Source: a virus
Taxonomy: Duplodnaviria > Caudoviricetes
Virus record (IMG/VR): IMGVR_UViG_3300037046_000017
Span: 1 to 36,463 of that record
DNA length: 36,463 nt
Reading direction: 5' to 3' (one strand)
Part shown: piece by piece, positions 6,937 through 16,645 of the stretch
Layout of the letters: each line of letters begins with the position of its first letter
Position numbering within the stretch: position 1 is the first letter of the stretch
The notes under the pieces: model-generated
Database searches by the model: none
What the model was told of the DNA's origin: nothing
What the model saw: the letters and a program-made list of their open reading frames with translations, nothing else
Program-made: the position numbers and the translations under genes

Positions 6937-9069
6937 CGGCGAGGTGAGCAGCCCAGGCATGGGCAGCCCTGGCGCAGGCGCCGACGGCGCCAGCAGCCCA
7001 CGGCCCACGTTGCCCATCTGGCGCATCTGCAGGCCGCTGACGGTGCGCAGAAGCGGCGTAGCGGCCCAGTCGACAACAGGCAGGCCTGCCCCCCTCGTCA
7101 GCACATCCGACAGCCGGCCCAGCACCGTGGCGGCCGTGTTGCTGTTGTTGACCGCGCTGCCCATCGGCTGAGCCTGGATATGGCGGCCGACGTTGATGGC
7201 CGCCTTGATCTGCTGGATTTCCTCGGGGCCGAAGAAAAGCTCCATGCGCTGCGGTGTAAGCGACTCGAAGGCGTCCTGCATGCCCTTGGAGCTGAAGTTC
7301 GTGTGCGACACATCGGCCGACCCGCGCTTCATGATGTAGTCGAGCATCTGCTTGCGCACCGCCTGCAGCATGGCATCGTTCGTGCCGATCTCCTGGCGCA
7401 TCGACTGCAGGCCCTGCAGCGGCCCGTTGACCACATGCTTGCGCACGAAGCCGATGGGGTCGGCGCCGCTCAGGGCGTCCTCGATCCAGGGGGCCGATTC
7501 CTGCCACATGCGCCGCTGGCGCGCAGCGCCGCGCGCGGCATCGAAGGCGGCCAGCGCAGCCTTCGGCAGCGCATCCTGGCCCTGCAGGAACTTGGCGCCG
7601 GCCTCGGTCACAGCCTGCTGGCCGCCCATGTCGCGCTTGATCGGCTCGATGCCGACGTTCTCCAGCGCGTCGCGCACCGCCTTGATGGCGGCGCGGCCGT
7701 TGCCGTCGGCGCTGCGCGAGGCCGCCGCAAGCGTGGTCTTCAGCGAGTCGATGGTGTCGACGTTGAAGGGCACCTGGTGCACCTTGCCGCCGACCTTCAC
7801 CTCTCCGGCGGCGATCTGATTGAGCAGCGTGCCCACGTTCTCGGGGAGGAAGGCCGTCTTGTTGCTCTTGGCCAGGTTGCCGAAGGCCTCTTCGACGAAC
7901 GCGCCGCGCGCCAGCGGGATGTCGCGCCCGGCGGCGTCGCGCGCCGCCTTGTACAGGGCGTTCTCGGCGCCTTGCAGGGCCGCGTCCTTGCCCAGCGCCA
8001 TCGACAGCAGGCCCTGTCCGGTCTGCACGCTGTCCTGCGGCGACTTGGCCACGCCGCCCAGCGAGGCCAGCACCGACTTGGCGTTGGTGTTGGTGGTGTC
8101 GGCCAGGTCGGCGGCGCCGAAGAGACCGGTCTGGTTGGCCTGCTGCTTGGCCAGGTTGCGCTGCAGCGTGAGCGTGCGCGGGTTCTGCGTCACGTCGCCC
8201 AGCAGCGGCACCGAGCCCGGCACCTGGCGGAAGTCGGCCAGCCGGCCCAGCGCCTGGGTGTCGAGCGGCTTGCCGCCGACCACGAACTGGCCGGCGTCCT
8301 TGCGCAGCTGTTCCTTGGCCTGGTTGGAGAGCGCGGCCCAGTCGATTCCCGCCTTGCCGAGTTCGCGCTCTAGCGTCACGTCGATGTTCACGGCCGGCGC
8401 GCGCAGGCTGCGCAGCGCATCGAACACGCCGCGGCCGGCCTGGGCCAGCTTCTGCGCGCCGACTGCGCCGCCCATAGTTCCGGCCAGCGCGGCGCCGAAC
8501 TGGCCCCAAGGAGAAGCGCCACCTTGCTTGGCCGACTCGCCAGAGACGCCGCCTGCACCAGCACCAGCAAGTTGCACGGCCGGCTGCGCGGAGAACTGCT
8601 CGCCCATCATCTGCAGCAGCCCGGGAGCACGCTTGGCCAGCTGCTGCGCCACGCCGACGCTGCCGCCGGCGCTGGCCATCATCTTGGCGCCCGACTGTGC
8701 GGCGCGCTCGTCTGCGGACTGTGGCGCGGGCAGGCCCAGCAGATTGGCGATGGTCCTGCCGCCGTCTTCCATGGACGGCAGCGGTTGCGTGCCGGTGGCC
8801 CAGCTGAGTCCCTTGCGGACCGGGTTCCACGCGATGTCAGCGACGGCTGGCAGGCCCTCAAGGCCGGCGCGCGCCGTGAGGCCGGCCGCGCGGCCCACGC
8901 CGTTGACGTAGTTGGCGATGCTGCTGCCCTCGGCGGGCGCGGCCGACTGCGCAAGCCACTCCGAAGGCACCGCCATCCCGTTGCGCTGCAGCTTGGCGAC
9001 AAGGTCGGCCTTCGTTGTGCCTTCGGGCACGTTCTGGATGACGGTGCCGTCGGGCAGGCGCACGTCCAT
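6901..9069 (-). CDS. Large DNA ejection/internal virion protein
   Basis: 722 aa, Ala-rich helical; N-terminal DVRLPDGTVIQNVPEG motif; position at end of the podovirus structural cluster. Confidence 0.7.
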   Translation of the reverse strand: MDVRLPDGTVIQNVPEGTTKADLVAKLQRNGMAVPSEWLAQSAAPAEGSSIANYVNGVGRAAGLTARAGLEGLPAVADIAWNPVRKGLSWATGTQPLPSMEDGGRTIANLLGLPAPQSADERAAQSGAKMMASAGGSVGVAQQLAKRAPGLLQMMGEQFSAQPAVQLAGAGAGGVSGESAKQGGASPWGQFGAALAGTMGGAVGAQKLAQAGRGVFDALRSLRAPAVNIDVTLERELGKAGIDWAALSNQAKEQLRKDAGQFVVGGKPLDTQALGRLADFRQVPGSVPLLGDVTQNPRTLTLQRNLAKQQANQTGLFGAADLADTTNTNAKSVLASLGGVAKSPQDSVQTGQGLLSMALGKDAALQGAENALYKAARDAAGRDIPLARGAFVEEAFGNLAKSNKTAFLPENVGTLLNQIAAGEVKVGGKVHQVPFNVDTIDSLKTTLAAASRSADGNGRAAIKAVRDALENVGIEPIKRDMGGQQAVTEAGAKFLQGQDALPKAALAAFDAARGAARQRRMWQESAPWIEDALSGADPIGFVRKHVVNGPLQGLQSMRQEIGTNDAMLQAVRKQMLDYIMKRGSADVSHTNFSSKGMQDAFESLTPQRMELFFGPEEIQQIKAAINVGRHIQAQPMGSAVNNSNTAATVLGRLSDVLTRGAGLPVVDWAATPLLRTVSGLQMRQMGNVGRGLLAPSAPAPGLPMPGLLTSPLLFAPPGPQGQ

Positions 9070-10331
9070 TACTTCAGGCTCCCGAAGTCAACGATGCCAG
9101 AGCGCCCAGCCGGCGCCGGTGCCCATGGCGACAGCGGCGGGCCACCAGAGCCCGGGCGATTGCTGGCGTACTTGTCGCCGAGCCGCCGCAGTTCGGCCGC
9201 TGCCGCGGCCTTGATGGCGTATGGCACCGTGTCGTCTCCGATCTGCGCTGCCATCTGCCGGTACATGGCCACGTCCTTGTCGGACTGCGGGCCTTCCATG
9301 CGCGGCTGGGCCATCATCAGCCGCCCCTCCAGCACGCGCAGGCGCCCCGCCGCGATGGACCCGTCAGTCGCCGCGCCGAAGACCTGGCCCAGCATGTCCA
9401 GAGCCTTGCCGCCGTAGCTGCCCGTCGAGTCCTTCAGCAGCGGTTCGGCCTGGTCGAGGATGGCATTGACGCGCTCGGCGGAGACGTTGTCCTTCGTGGG
9501 CCCGCCAACGGGGATGCCATTGACCTGCGCCTGCGGCCCGACGATCTGCGTGGGCATCGCGCGCTTGCTGCCATCGGGCATGTCGATGTACTGCACGCGG
9601 GTGCCGGCGAGATCGCGCTCGCGCTTGTCGGTGATGCCGGCCACGCCGAACTGCGTCCGGGAGCTGAGCTGCGCGTCCGGGCTCGCCCCCATCTGGAAGG
9701 TGGCGCCGCTGGGCGTGGCGTTCTTGTCGATGGCCAGGACGCGGTTGCCCAGGTTCTGCATGACCATGTCGGGCTTCGTGCCGTAGGGCGCCACCTTCGT
9801 CGTGCCGTCCTCGAAGACGAACACGTTCAGCGCCTTGCCGGTGGCCGGGTCGGTCATCACCTGCACGTCCTTGATCTTGGGCTGTTCCTTCTTCATCGAC
9901 AGCTGCATCTGCATCGCCGCCGGCGGATCGATGGCGGCCAGGCCGTTGGCGTAGCCGGCCCAGTCGAAGCCGGCCGGCGTCTGCCCGGTGGCCGACGCAT
10001 TGGCCGCGGCGATGGTGGGGCCGCCGTGCTGCTGCATCGCCATCTGCTGCGGGCTGCGCGCGCTGCGCTGGGCCAGCTCCTGCAGCTGCTGCTGACGCAG
10101 CTGCGCCTGTTGCGCCTGGCTGAGCTGCATCTCCTGCATCTTGCGCTGCAGGTTTTGCTGTTCCCGCTGTGACTTCTGCTGCGCCGCCTGCTGGTAGCCC
10201 AGCAGCCCCTGCTGTCCGCCCTGCGCCAGCGACTGCGCGAAGTTCCCGCGCGAGCCGAGCAGGCCCAGCCCGAGCTGTAGCAGCCCCTGCGTATGCGGGT
10301 CGTCGAATTCCGTGCCGAGAGAGAGACCCAT
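9069..10331 (-). CDS. DNA ejection/internal virion protein
   Basis: Start MGLSLG; N-terminal hydrophobic GLLQLGLGLLG then Gln-rich coiled coil. Confidence 0.7.
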   Translation of the reverse strand: MGLSLGTEFDDPHTQGLLQLGLGLLGSRGNFAQSLAQGGQQGLLGYQQAAQQKSQREQQNLQRKMQEMQLSQAQQAQLRQQQLQELAQRSARSPQQMAMQQHGGPTIAAANASATGQTPAGFDWAGYANGLAAIDPPAAMQMQLSMKKEQPKIKDVQVMTDPATGKALNVFVFEDGTTKVAPYGTKPDMVMQNLGNRVLAIDKNATPSGATFQMGASPDAQLSSRTQFGVAGITDKRERDLAGTRVQYIDMPDGSKRAMPTQIVGPQAQVNGIPVGGPTKDNVSAERVNAILDQAEPLLKDSTGSYGGKALDMLGQVFGAATDGSIAAGRLRVLEGRLMMAQPRMEGPQSDKDVAMYRQMAAQIGDDTVPYAIKAAAAAELRRLGDKYASNRPGSGGPPLSPWAPAPAGRSGIVDFGSLK

Positions 10332-10332
10332 G

Positions 10333-11946
10333 TCAGCCCCTGTTGAAGTAGCGGCCCGCGCCGTTGTTGGCGCGCGCCTGGATGGCGCCCGGGATGTCCA
10401 GCGCAGGCTGCTGCCATGGTTGCGCCTGGGGCTGGATGCCCATCTGCAGGCCGGTAGTCCACTGCACCGGCTCGCCGGTGAAGGTCTGCGCGCCGCCACC
10501 GCCACCCGAGCCGCTCTCGGCCCCCATGTAGCCCAGCAGGCCGCCGGCGCCGCTGAAAATCATGCGGGCAAGCTGCGGGTTCTGCCTGATCCACGACGCG
10601 GCAGGCCCGAACATCTCGCCCAGCGCGTCGACGCCGCTGGCAGCGCCGGCCGCGGCGTTGGCCAGGCCCGGGCTGCCCGTGGCGTTGACCACGGCGTCAT
10701 AGGCTCCGGTCTGGGTGCCGCTCATGCCCTCGCCGTAGTTGTCGCTCGGCCTGTAGGGTGTTGCACTGGGCGTCGTCGTTGGGAGCGCCGCAGGAAGTGC
10801 CGCCACTTCTGGCAAGGAAAGCGGCGCGGCCGGTGTTATCCCTGCCGCAGCGTTCGTAGGCAGGGACGCCACCTGTGCCGGGACTTCAGGAATCGAGCCG
10901 AGCGACGCCAGGCCACTGCCGGCCAGCGAAGCGACCTCGGGTAGCGTCGGTGCTACGGCCTGCGTGATGCCCGCCTGGGCCATCGATGGCAGGCTGGCCA
11001 CCTGCTGCACCGCCGCCGGCTCGATCGTGCCCAGTGTGCCAAGTCCGGATCCGGCGCCACTTGCTGCACCAGCGCCAGCCGCCGCGCCGGACGACGCGCC
11101 AGGGAGGAAGGATGCGCCCACCGCGGGGAGGCTGCTGCCGATGCCAGCGCCGATGCCGGACGCGGCCAGCGCAGCCTCTGCGCTGCCGATGCCTAGCCCG
11201 GCACCTGTGCCGACCAGGCCGCCCGTCGCGCCCATGCTGCCGAACTGCGCCCCGGTCAGGGCGTATGGGGAGGATGCCGCGGCGCCGCTGCCTGCCGAAA
11301 CGCCGCCCATGCTCAGCCCGCTGCCGCCGGCGACACTGCCGCCCGTAGCTGCACCGGTGGCGCCAGCCCCGCCGATGGCGCCCGTCGCGACGCCTGCTCC
11401 GACGCCGGCTCCAGCCAGGAGGGCGGCCGTCCAGAAGTTCGGGTCGGCGTTGCTGTAGTCCTGCGCGCTACCGATCAGCCCGCCGTTGGCGTCCTCGGCC
11501 CACACGCGACCACCTCCGCCGTGCGCGGCGCTGCGCAGGCTGTAGCCGTTCTGCTGGAGGTACTGCTGCAACAGTTCTGGGTTGATGCCTGCGGCGCTGG
11601 TGTCGTCGCCGCCGGGTGAGGCCCGGTAGAAGGCCTCCATGCCGGGCACGCCAGCGAACACCTGGGAAAAGATCGAGTCGCGATAGGAGTTCTGCGTGCT
11701 CGTGTCGTCTCCACCCTGCCCCGTCTGGAAGAAGAACGGGCTGGCCATGGGGTCGACGTTGCCGCCATCCCACCAGCCGGACGGAATCATCCCCGAGGAC
11801 GATGGCTGTGCAGGCGCCTGCATGGGAGCTGCGGCGGGAGCCGGGGCCTGGACGCCACCCCCCATGCTCAACCCGCCCGCGGGCGCCGAGTAGGGCGCGG
11901 CTTCGCCGCCGTACTGCTCTTCAAGCCAATCGAGGATGCTCCTCAT
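10333..11946 (-). CDS. Gly/Ala-rich ejection-type virion protein with hydrophobic segments
   Basis: 537 aa low complexity, TM-like ALLAGAGVGAGVATGAIG, internal VASLP repeats. Confidence 0.65.
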   Translation of the reverse strand: MRSILDWLEEQYGGEAAPYSAPAGGLSMGGGVQAPAPAAAPMQAPAQPSSSGMIPSGWWDGGNVDPMASPFFFQTGQGGDDTSTQNSYRDSIFSQVFAGVPGMEAFYRASPGGDDTSAAGINPELLQQYLQQNGYSLRSAAHGGGGRVWAEDANGGLIGSAQDYSNADPNFWTAALLAGAGVGAGVATGAIGGAGATGAATGGSVAGGSGLSMGGVSAGSGAAASSPYALTGAQFGSMGATGGLVGTGAGLGIGSAEAALAASGIGAGIGSSLPAVGASFLPGASSGAAAGAGAASGAGSGLGTLGTIEPAAVQQVASLPSMAQAGITQAVAPTLPEVASLAGSGLASLGSIPEVPAQVASLPTNAAAGITPAAPLSLPEVAALPAALPTTTPSATPYRPSDNYGEGMSGTQTGAYDAVVNATGSPGLANAAAGAASGVDALGEMFGPAASWIRQNPQLARMIFSGAGGLLGYMGAESGSGGGGGAQTFTGEPVQWTTGLQMGIQPQAQPWQQPALDIPGAIQARANNGAGRYFNRG

Positions 11947-11950
11947 CGGA

Positions 11951-13549
11951 TCAACCCCCGCCGCCCAGCAGCTGCATCAGCTGCGCGAAAGTGAGCGCGC
12001 CACCCAGGCCGGCGGCCAGCGGGTTCTGCCCGGGCTGCTGCTGCGTCGTCGTGCTGCCCGGGTTGAACGCGCCCAGCGCGCGCCCCATCACGTCGAGCTG
12101 CTGCTGCGGGTAGGCGCGCGACTCCTGGAATCGACGGTATTCGTCGTTCATCTGGGCCTGGTTCTGGCCCTGGTACGCGCCGCCGGCGTTGATGAGCTGG
12201 TTGATGTCGTTGTAGTCCGACTGCGCGAACTGCGGCGCCAGGCCAAGCGACTGCAGCATGCGGTTCTGGTTGCCCTGGTACATCGAGTCGTTGCGCTGCG
12301 CCCAGTCCTGGCCCTGCCCGGCGTTGAACTGCTGGGCCTGCATCTGCCGGATCAGGTTGTTGTCCATCGTTCCGGAGTTGAACTGCTGGGCCTGCATGCT
12401 GCGGCCAGCTGCAGACTCGCCAAGGCCGGCATTGAACTGCTGCTCCTGCAGGCCGCGATTCGCCGCCGCCTCGCCCAGGCCGGCGTTGAACTGACCGGCC
12501 TGCATCTGGCGGCCAAGGTTCGACTCCAGAAGTCCGGCGTTGAACTGCTGGGCCTGCATCCCGCGGTTTGCTGAGGCTTCGCCGAGCCCGGCATTGAACT
12601 GCCCGGCCTGGAACTGCCGGTTCAGGTTCTCGCTGTTGACGCCGGAGTTGAACCGTTGCGCATCCATCGAGCGGCCGGCGGCAGACTCGCTCAGCCCGGC
12701 ATTGAACTGCGCCAGGCCCAGCGATCGGCCAATGTTGTTCTCTTCGATCCCGGTGTTGAACTGCTGCGCCTGCATGCTTCGATTCAGGGCGTTCTCCGCC
12801 AGCTGCTGCTGCTGCGAATAGTCCTGGAACCGCATGCGGCTACCGATGTCGCCGAGGTTCTTCTGCAGGTCGCTGACGCCCTGCTCAGCCATCGACTTAA
12901 CGTTGGCGTTGCCGAAGCTGCCAGACCGTGACATGGCCGTGTCGAAGCCCGGCATCTGCACGTTGTTCCAGTTGCGGATCACGTCCTGCTGCGAGTTGTC
13001 GATCTGGCTTTGCAGATACGGGTTGTCCATGCTCGCGTACTGGTTCTGGCCAGGCTGGACTTGCATCGAGTTGCGGGTGTCGACGCTGATCGGGCTGGTG
13101 GCGCTGGACTGCACCATCATGTCGTTCCACCCGGACGAGACAGGGGCGCCGCCCTGCCCAGGCTGCACCATCGTATCGTTCCACCCGGAGTCGATGAACT
13201 GCCCGCCGGGGCCAGCCCGCACCGGCTGCCCGCCTTGGCCGGCCTGCACCATCATGTCGTTCTGGCCTGCCTGGACCTGGCCGTAGGGGTTCTGCGTGGC
13301 GCCCTGCTGCTGGGAGCCCCACATGTTCTGCAGCTGCTGCTGCGCGCCGCCCATAAGCGGCGAGCCGTCGGCCGCGCGCTGCGCCAGCGCCTGGTAGCCC
13401 TGCTGCTGCCACGGCGTGAAGCCGGCGACCGTCTGGCCCTGGTAGGCCTGATACGGCATGTTGGCGACGTTCTGCGCCTGCTGCATGTAGCCCTGCGCGT
13501 AGGGCTGCACCCATGCGGGCATGCTGGTCGAAGAGGTGTAGTCAGCCAT
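11951..13549 (-). CDS. Pilot/ejection-type protein with paired repeat arrays
   Basis: Start MADYTSSTSMPAWVQPY; Gln-rich; C-terminal LAAGLGGALTFAQL; first gene after nozzle-associated genes. Confidence 0.75.
   Translation of the reverse strand: MADYTSSTSMPAWVQPYAQGYMQQAQNVANMPYQAYQGQTVAGFTPWQQQGYQALAQRAADGSPLMGGAQQQLQNMWGSQQQGATQNPYGQVQAGQNDMMVQAGQGGQPVRAGPGGQFIDSGWNDTMVQPGQGGAPVSSGWNDMMVQSSATSPISVDTRNSMQVQPGQNQYASMDNPYLQSQIDNSQQDVIRNWNNVQMPGFDTAMSRSGSFGNANVKSMAEQGVSDLQKNLGDIGSRMRFQDYSQQQQLAENALNRSMQAQQFNTGIEENNIGRSLGLAQFNAGLSESAAGRSMDAQRFNSGVNSENLNRQFQAGQFNAGLGEASANRGMQAQQFNAGLLESNLGRQMQAGQFNAGLGEAAANRGLQEQQFNAGLGESAAGRSMQAQQFNSGTMDNNLIRQMQAQQFNAGQGQDWAQRNDSMYQGNQNRMLQSLGLAPQFAQSDYNDINQLINAGGAYQGQNQAQMNDEYRRFQESRAYPQQQLDVMGRALGAFNPGSTTTQQQPGQNPLAAGLGGALTFAQLMQLLGGGG
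12317..12802 (-). repeat. Nine tandem 54-bp (18-aa) repeats, consensus LxExxxxRxMQAQQFNAG
   Basis: Nine exact-period units counted in the translation. Confidence 0.9.
13037..13279 (-). repeat. Nine tandem 27-bp (9-aa) degenerate repeats, xVQxGx(N/G)xx
   Basis: QVQAGQNDM MVQAGQGGQ PVRAGPGGQ FIDSGWNDT MVQPGQGGA PVSSGWNDM MVQSSATSP ISVDTRNSM QVQPGQNQY. Confidence 0.75.
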
Positions 13550-13551
13550 GT

Positions 13552-13872
13552 TCAGTTCCCCGTCAGAAAACGCATCTGCACCCAGGTGCCTGGCGTGCCG
13601 GAGGCGACGCACTTCCAGCCCTGGATCACGTACTTGTTCGGCGATGTTCCGAGTTCGGTCGGCGCCGTGTTGAAGATTTCGTCGCCCTGCTGCCACCTTC
13701 CGGTGGTCGGCGCCGCGGTGCGCCCGTTGTCCCGCCCGGAGGCCAGTCCGTCGCCGAGCTGGTTGGCCTTGACGGCGATCGCGCGAAGCAGCCTGCTCAG
13801 AGCCACCTGCAAGTCCCGGTCATAGGCGCTCTCTGGCTTGGAGCCCAGCGCGATCTGTTCAGGCACTTTCAT
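13552..13872 (-). CDS. Small tail-associated protein (needle/fibre-knob-like)
   Basis: N-terminal helix plus PTTGRWQQGD...GWKCVASGTPGTW beta motif seen in tail appendage proteins. Confidence 0.6.
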   Translation of the reverse strand: MKVPEQIALGSKPESAYDRDLQVALSRLLRAIAVKANQLGDGLASGRDNGRTAAPTTGRWQQGDEIFNTAPTELGTSPNKYVIQGWKCVASGTPGTWVQMRFLTGN

Positions 13873-15308
13873 CGCGAGCCCGCCGCCTTAAATTCCACGC
13901 CGATCGAGTCGAACTTCGAATCCCGAGGCGGCGACACGGTGACCTTGTGCCACCGCCCAGTCGTTCGCAGGTGATAGCCGCCGTTTCTCAGGGGCGCTTG
14001 CGGCGTGGTGTTGGCGGCGATGTTCGTTCCCGCGTAAGGGTAGGTCCTGGCATAGGCGTAGCTGGCGTCCGCAGCGGCGCTGTTCTGGATGATGCCGAGA
14101 CGAACCTCGGTGAGCGCAGTCGCTCTCTGGGCGTCACCGATCAGCGCTGTCGAGAACTCGCGGTCCTGGATCAGGCTCCTCGGAATATGCAGGGTGTTCG
14201 GCGATGCGGAGTTGGGCAAGGACATCACGATGCCGGTGTACGCGCTCAGTCCGTCATACCTGACGTCGGAGAACACCTTGAATGGCCGCTCTGCGCCGGT
14301 GAACTTGACCTTTCCCCAAGTCCCGCTGCTGGGGTGATACACCATCGCGATCATGTCGGTGAGGCCGCTGAATCCGACGGAGGTGTCGATGAAGAACCAA
14401 ATCCGCTCTTCGGCCCGGTCGCTGACGGCGCAGTGCCTTGACGATGAACTGACCTGAAGCCCGTCACCGTCGAAGCAAACGGAGTAGTTCTTCTTGACCC
14501 ATGCCCAGATGTCGAGTCCGATCAGGTCAACCCGCGCGCCGTCGAACCTGTAGAACCCGTCAGGGCCCATGAAGTAGTGCGCCTGGTTGTACTCGCACAC
14601 CGCCTCGGGCTGTAGCGCACCTTGATTGCCGGGTACGCGATCCCACTGCCACACGGCGGCGCCGCCGACGTAGCTTCCCAGCCAGAGCGCCTTTCGCTTG
14701 TACGCGACGGCCTGCCTGCCGAGAGCAAGCCCTGCGGTCAGAGGTCCGCCAACGTCCCGCAGCTGGCCGCGGTTGGCCTGAGTGCTGACGCTGGGAGCCC
14801 ACGTGGTGTAGTCGAAGATGCCGCAGCACCACCACGCATCTGGCTGGTCTCCATAGGTGCCGTCATTGGTGTTCAGCGCCATCACGAAGTCGCCCACGGC
14901 GAACACTATCCGAGCCTTCGGCGAGGCGGCAATGTCGGCGAAGGTCGCGCCCGTGAACGCCTGGATAGGGTCGATCCGGTTCGACGCGAGGATCACGTCG
15001 CCGTACTGCGCAAAGGACCATGGCCCAGTAGCGCCGTAATTGGCCACGCGACCCACGTCGGTCCACGTGGAGTAGTCGGTCTTGTAGAGGCGAAGCCCTG
15101 CGGAGGCGAAGATTCGCTTCTGCTCGGCGTCGGTCGGGTAGGCGACCCCATAGCCGACCGCGCTCGGCGCAGATGTGCTGCTCGACAGCGGATGAGGAGC
15201 GTTCTGAAAGCCTCCGACGCATGGGATGACGCCATCGCAGTCGATCATCGCCCCAGGCGTCCCGGCTGGGGCCAGCGGCATGAATCCTCGAAGCGGCATC
15301 ATCTCCAC
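13869..15308 (-). CDS. Tail nozzle/head-stabilisation protein (P22 gp10 or tubular-B analogue)
   Basis: 479 aa beta-rich (WSFAQYGD...), follows the adaptor gene. Confidence 0.75.
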   Translation of the reverse strand: MEMMPLRGFMPLAPAGTPGAMIDCDGVIPCVGGFQNAPHPLSSSTSAPSAVGYGVAYPTDAEQKRIFASAGLRLYKTDYSTWTDVGRVANYGATGPWSFAQYGDVILASNRIDPIQAFTGATFADIAASPKARIVFAVGDFVMALNTNDGTYGDQPDAWWCCGIFDYTTWAPSVSTQANRGQLRDVGGPLTAGLALGRQAVAYKRKALWLGSYVGGAAVWQWDRVPGNQGALQPEAVCEYNQAHYFMGPDGFYRFDGARVDLIGLDIWAWVKKNYSVCFDGDGLQVSSSSRHCAVSDRAEERIWFFIDTSVGFSGLTDMIAMVYHPSSGTWGKVKFTGAERPFKVFSDVRYDGLSAYTGIVMSLPNSASPNTLHIPRSLIQDREFSTALIGDAQRATALTEVRLGIIQNSAAADASYAYARTYPYAGTNIAANTTPQAPLRNGGYHLRTTGRWHKVTVSPPRDSKFDSIGVEFKAAGSR

Positions 15309-15310
15309 GA

Positions 15311-15949
15311 TCAGACCCTCACCATCGAGTCACTGCGGATCACCAGCGGCGTGTCTCCGCGCCGGGCCTCTTCGTCGGACTGGCGCGCGGCCTTCATGGC
15401 GCTGGAAAACATCGGCTCATACAGCGCGATGAACTCGGCGTCCCGCATCCACACGCCGACCTCCCGCAGCAGGCCGTACACGTACAGCGTCGGGAAGCGC
15501 AACATCAGAGCGTTCTCATCCGAGTTGGTCGATGGCGTCACGAGTCGCTTGTAGTACAGCAGCGTGAGATTGCCGTCGAAGCTCGGTCCGATGTACACCG
15601 AGTTCCCGCGTACCGTGTACCAGGTTGGAGTCCCCGCGTTGCTCTCCAGCGGCGCCAGCGGAGCAGACGGCACGTAGTCCAGAGGGATGGCGCGGCCACC
15701 CTGCAGGAACGTCAGCCGCTCGATGCTCACCAGGTCGGCCGGAAGCGCGGCCGATGAGCCTGCCACCGTGAAGGCCAGCGGCGCTGGCGCAGCGAGCATC
15801 GACTGCACGCGCAGGCCCGGCTCTCTGTCGTCCGTGCCGTAATAGATGCGCTGCTCGACGAGTGGCAGCCAGCTCAGGATCAGCGCGTCGGTGATGTCGC
15901 CGCGGTTGGCGAACTCCTTGACGGCGTCCTTGATGGCGAGGTAGTTCAT
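15311..15949 (-). CDS. Head-tail adaptor (tubular-A-like)
   Basis: MNYLAIKDAVKEFANRGD...LPADL...GTPTWYTV...PTLYVYGLL pattern; position downstream of capsid. Confidence 0.8.
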   Translation of the reverse strand: MNYLAIKDAVKEFANRGDITDALILSWLPLVEQRIYYGTDDREPGLRVQSMLAAPAPLAFTVAGSSAALPADLVSIERLTFLQGGRAIPLDYVPSAPLAPLESNAGTPTWYTVRGNSVYIGPSFDGNLTLLYYKRLVTPSTNSDENALMLRFPTLYVYGLLREVGVWMRDAEFIALYEPMFSSAMKAARQSDEEARRGDTPLVIRSDSMVRV

Positions 15950-15964
15950 GCGCCTGTGCCGAGG

Positions 15965-16279
15965 TCAGCTGTTTTCCAGCGGCGTGACGTTGACCTTCAC
16001 GCTCACGCCGTCGTCGATGGCTGCCCAGTTCGTCGAGCCGGCCACGGCCAGGATTACGGGCGCGCCGGCCTGCACCATCATGTCGGTGTTCACCGCCGTC
16101 TGCGCGCCGACGCCCATGCGCACGTAGCAGGTGCCGGTGGCCGAGAAGCGCACGAAGCGCGGCTTGGTGCCGGCGCTGGTGTTGGGCAGCGTGTTGCCGG
16201 TGCTGGTGCTGATCGTTGTCGTCGCCGTCTGGCCGGTGGCCTGGACGTTGAACTCGTCGAAGTTTCGCGTGTACATCAC
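15965..16279 (-). CDS. Small beta-rich virion protein (possible head decoration)
   Basis: GGAGG RBS, 104 aa Thr/Val-rich. Confidence 0.65.
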   Translation of the reverse strand: MMYTRNFDEFNVQATGQTATTTISTSTGNTLPNTSAGTKPRFVRFSATGTCYVRMGVGAQTAVNTDMMVQAGAPVILAVAGSTNWAAIDDGVSVKVNVTPLENS

Positions 16280-16596
16280 ATCCTCCCCGGAGCAATCCGG
16301 AAGTCGGCCAAGGCCGGGTCATTGACCATCCGCTTCACATGCTCAGGGTTGTGCATGAACTCGCGGAAGGTGATCTGGTTGACGTTGCAGTAGTGCTCGA
16401 TGAGCACCGGCGGCAGGCTGGCCATGAGGCGGAAGTCCTTCGTGCCGTGGTAGCCCTCATTGCGCCTGGCGATGCAGTTGTCTCGGATGTCGCCGACGTA
16501 CTGCTCGCGCACGACCACCGCACCATCGTCGCCGTGCTGCACCAGGCGGGTGTGCACGTTGCCGTCCTGCGGCGCGAACTGGGTGTCCATTTCCAT
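16276..16596 (-). CDS. Hypothetical protein following the capsid gene
   Basis: GGAG RBS before ATG 16596; MASLPPVLIEHY...NDPALADFRI. Confidence 0.75.
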   Translation of the reverse strand: MEMDTQFAPQDGNVHTRLVQHGDDGAVVVREQYVGDIRDNCIARRNEGYHGTKDFRLMASLPPVLIEHYCNVNQITFREFMHNPEHVKRMVNDPALADFRIAPGRM

Positions 16597-16603
16597 CGTC
16601 TCC

Positions 16604-16645
16604 AAACGGAACAAGGCCCCGATGACTTGCGCCAGCGGGGCCTTG
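16604..16645 (-). terminator. Post-capsid hairpin/attenuating terminator
   Basis: CAAGGCCCCG...CGGGGCCTTG stem with GCAA tetraloop, imperfect U-tract TTCCGTTT. Confidence 0.6.
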
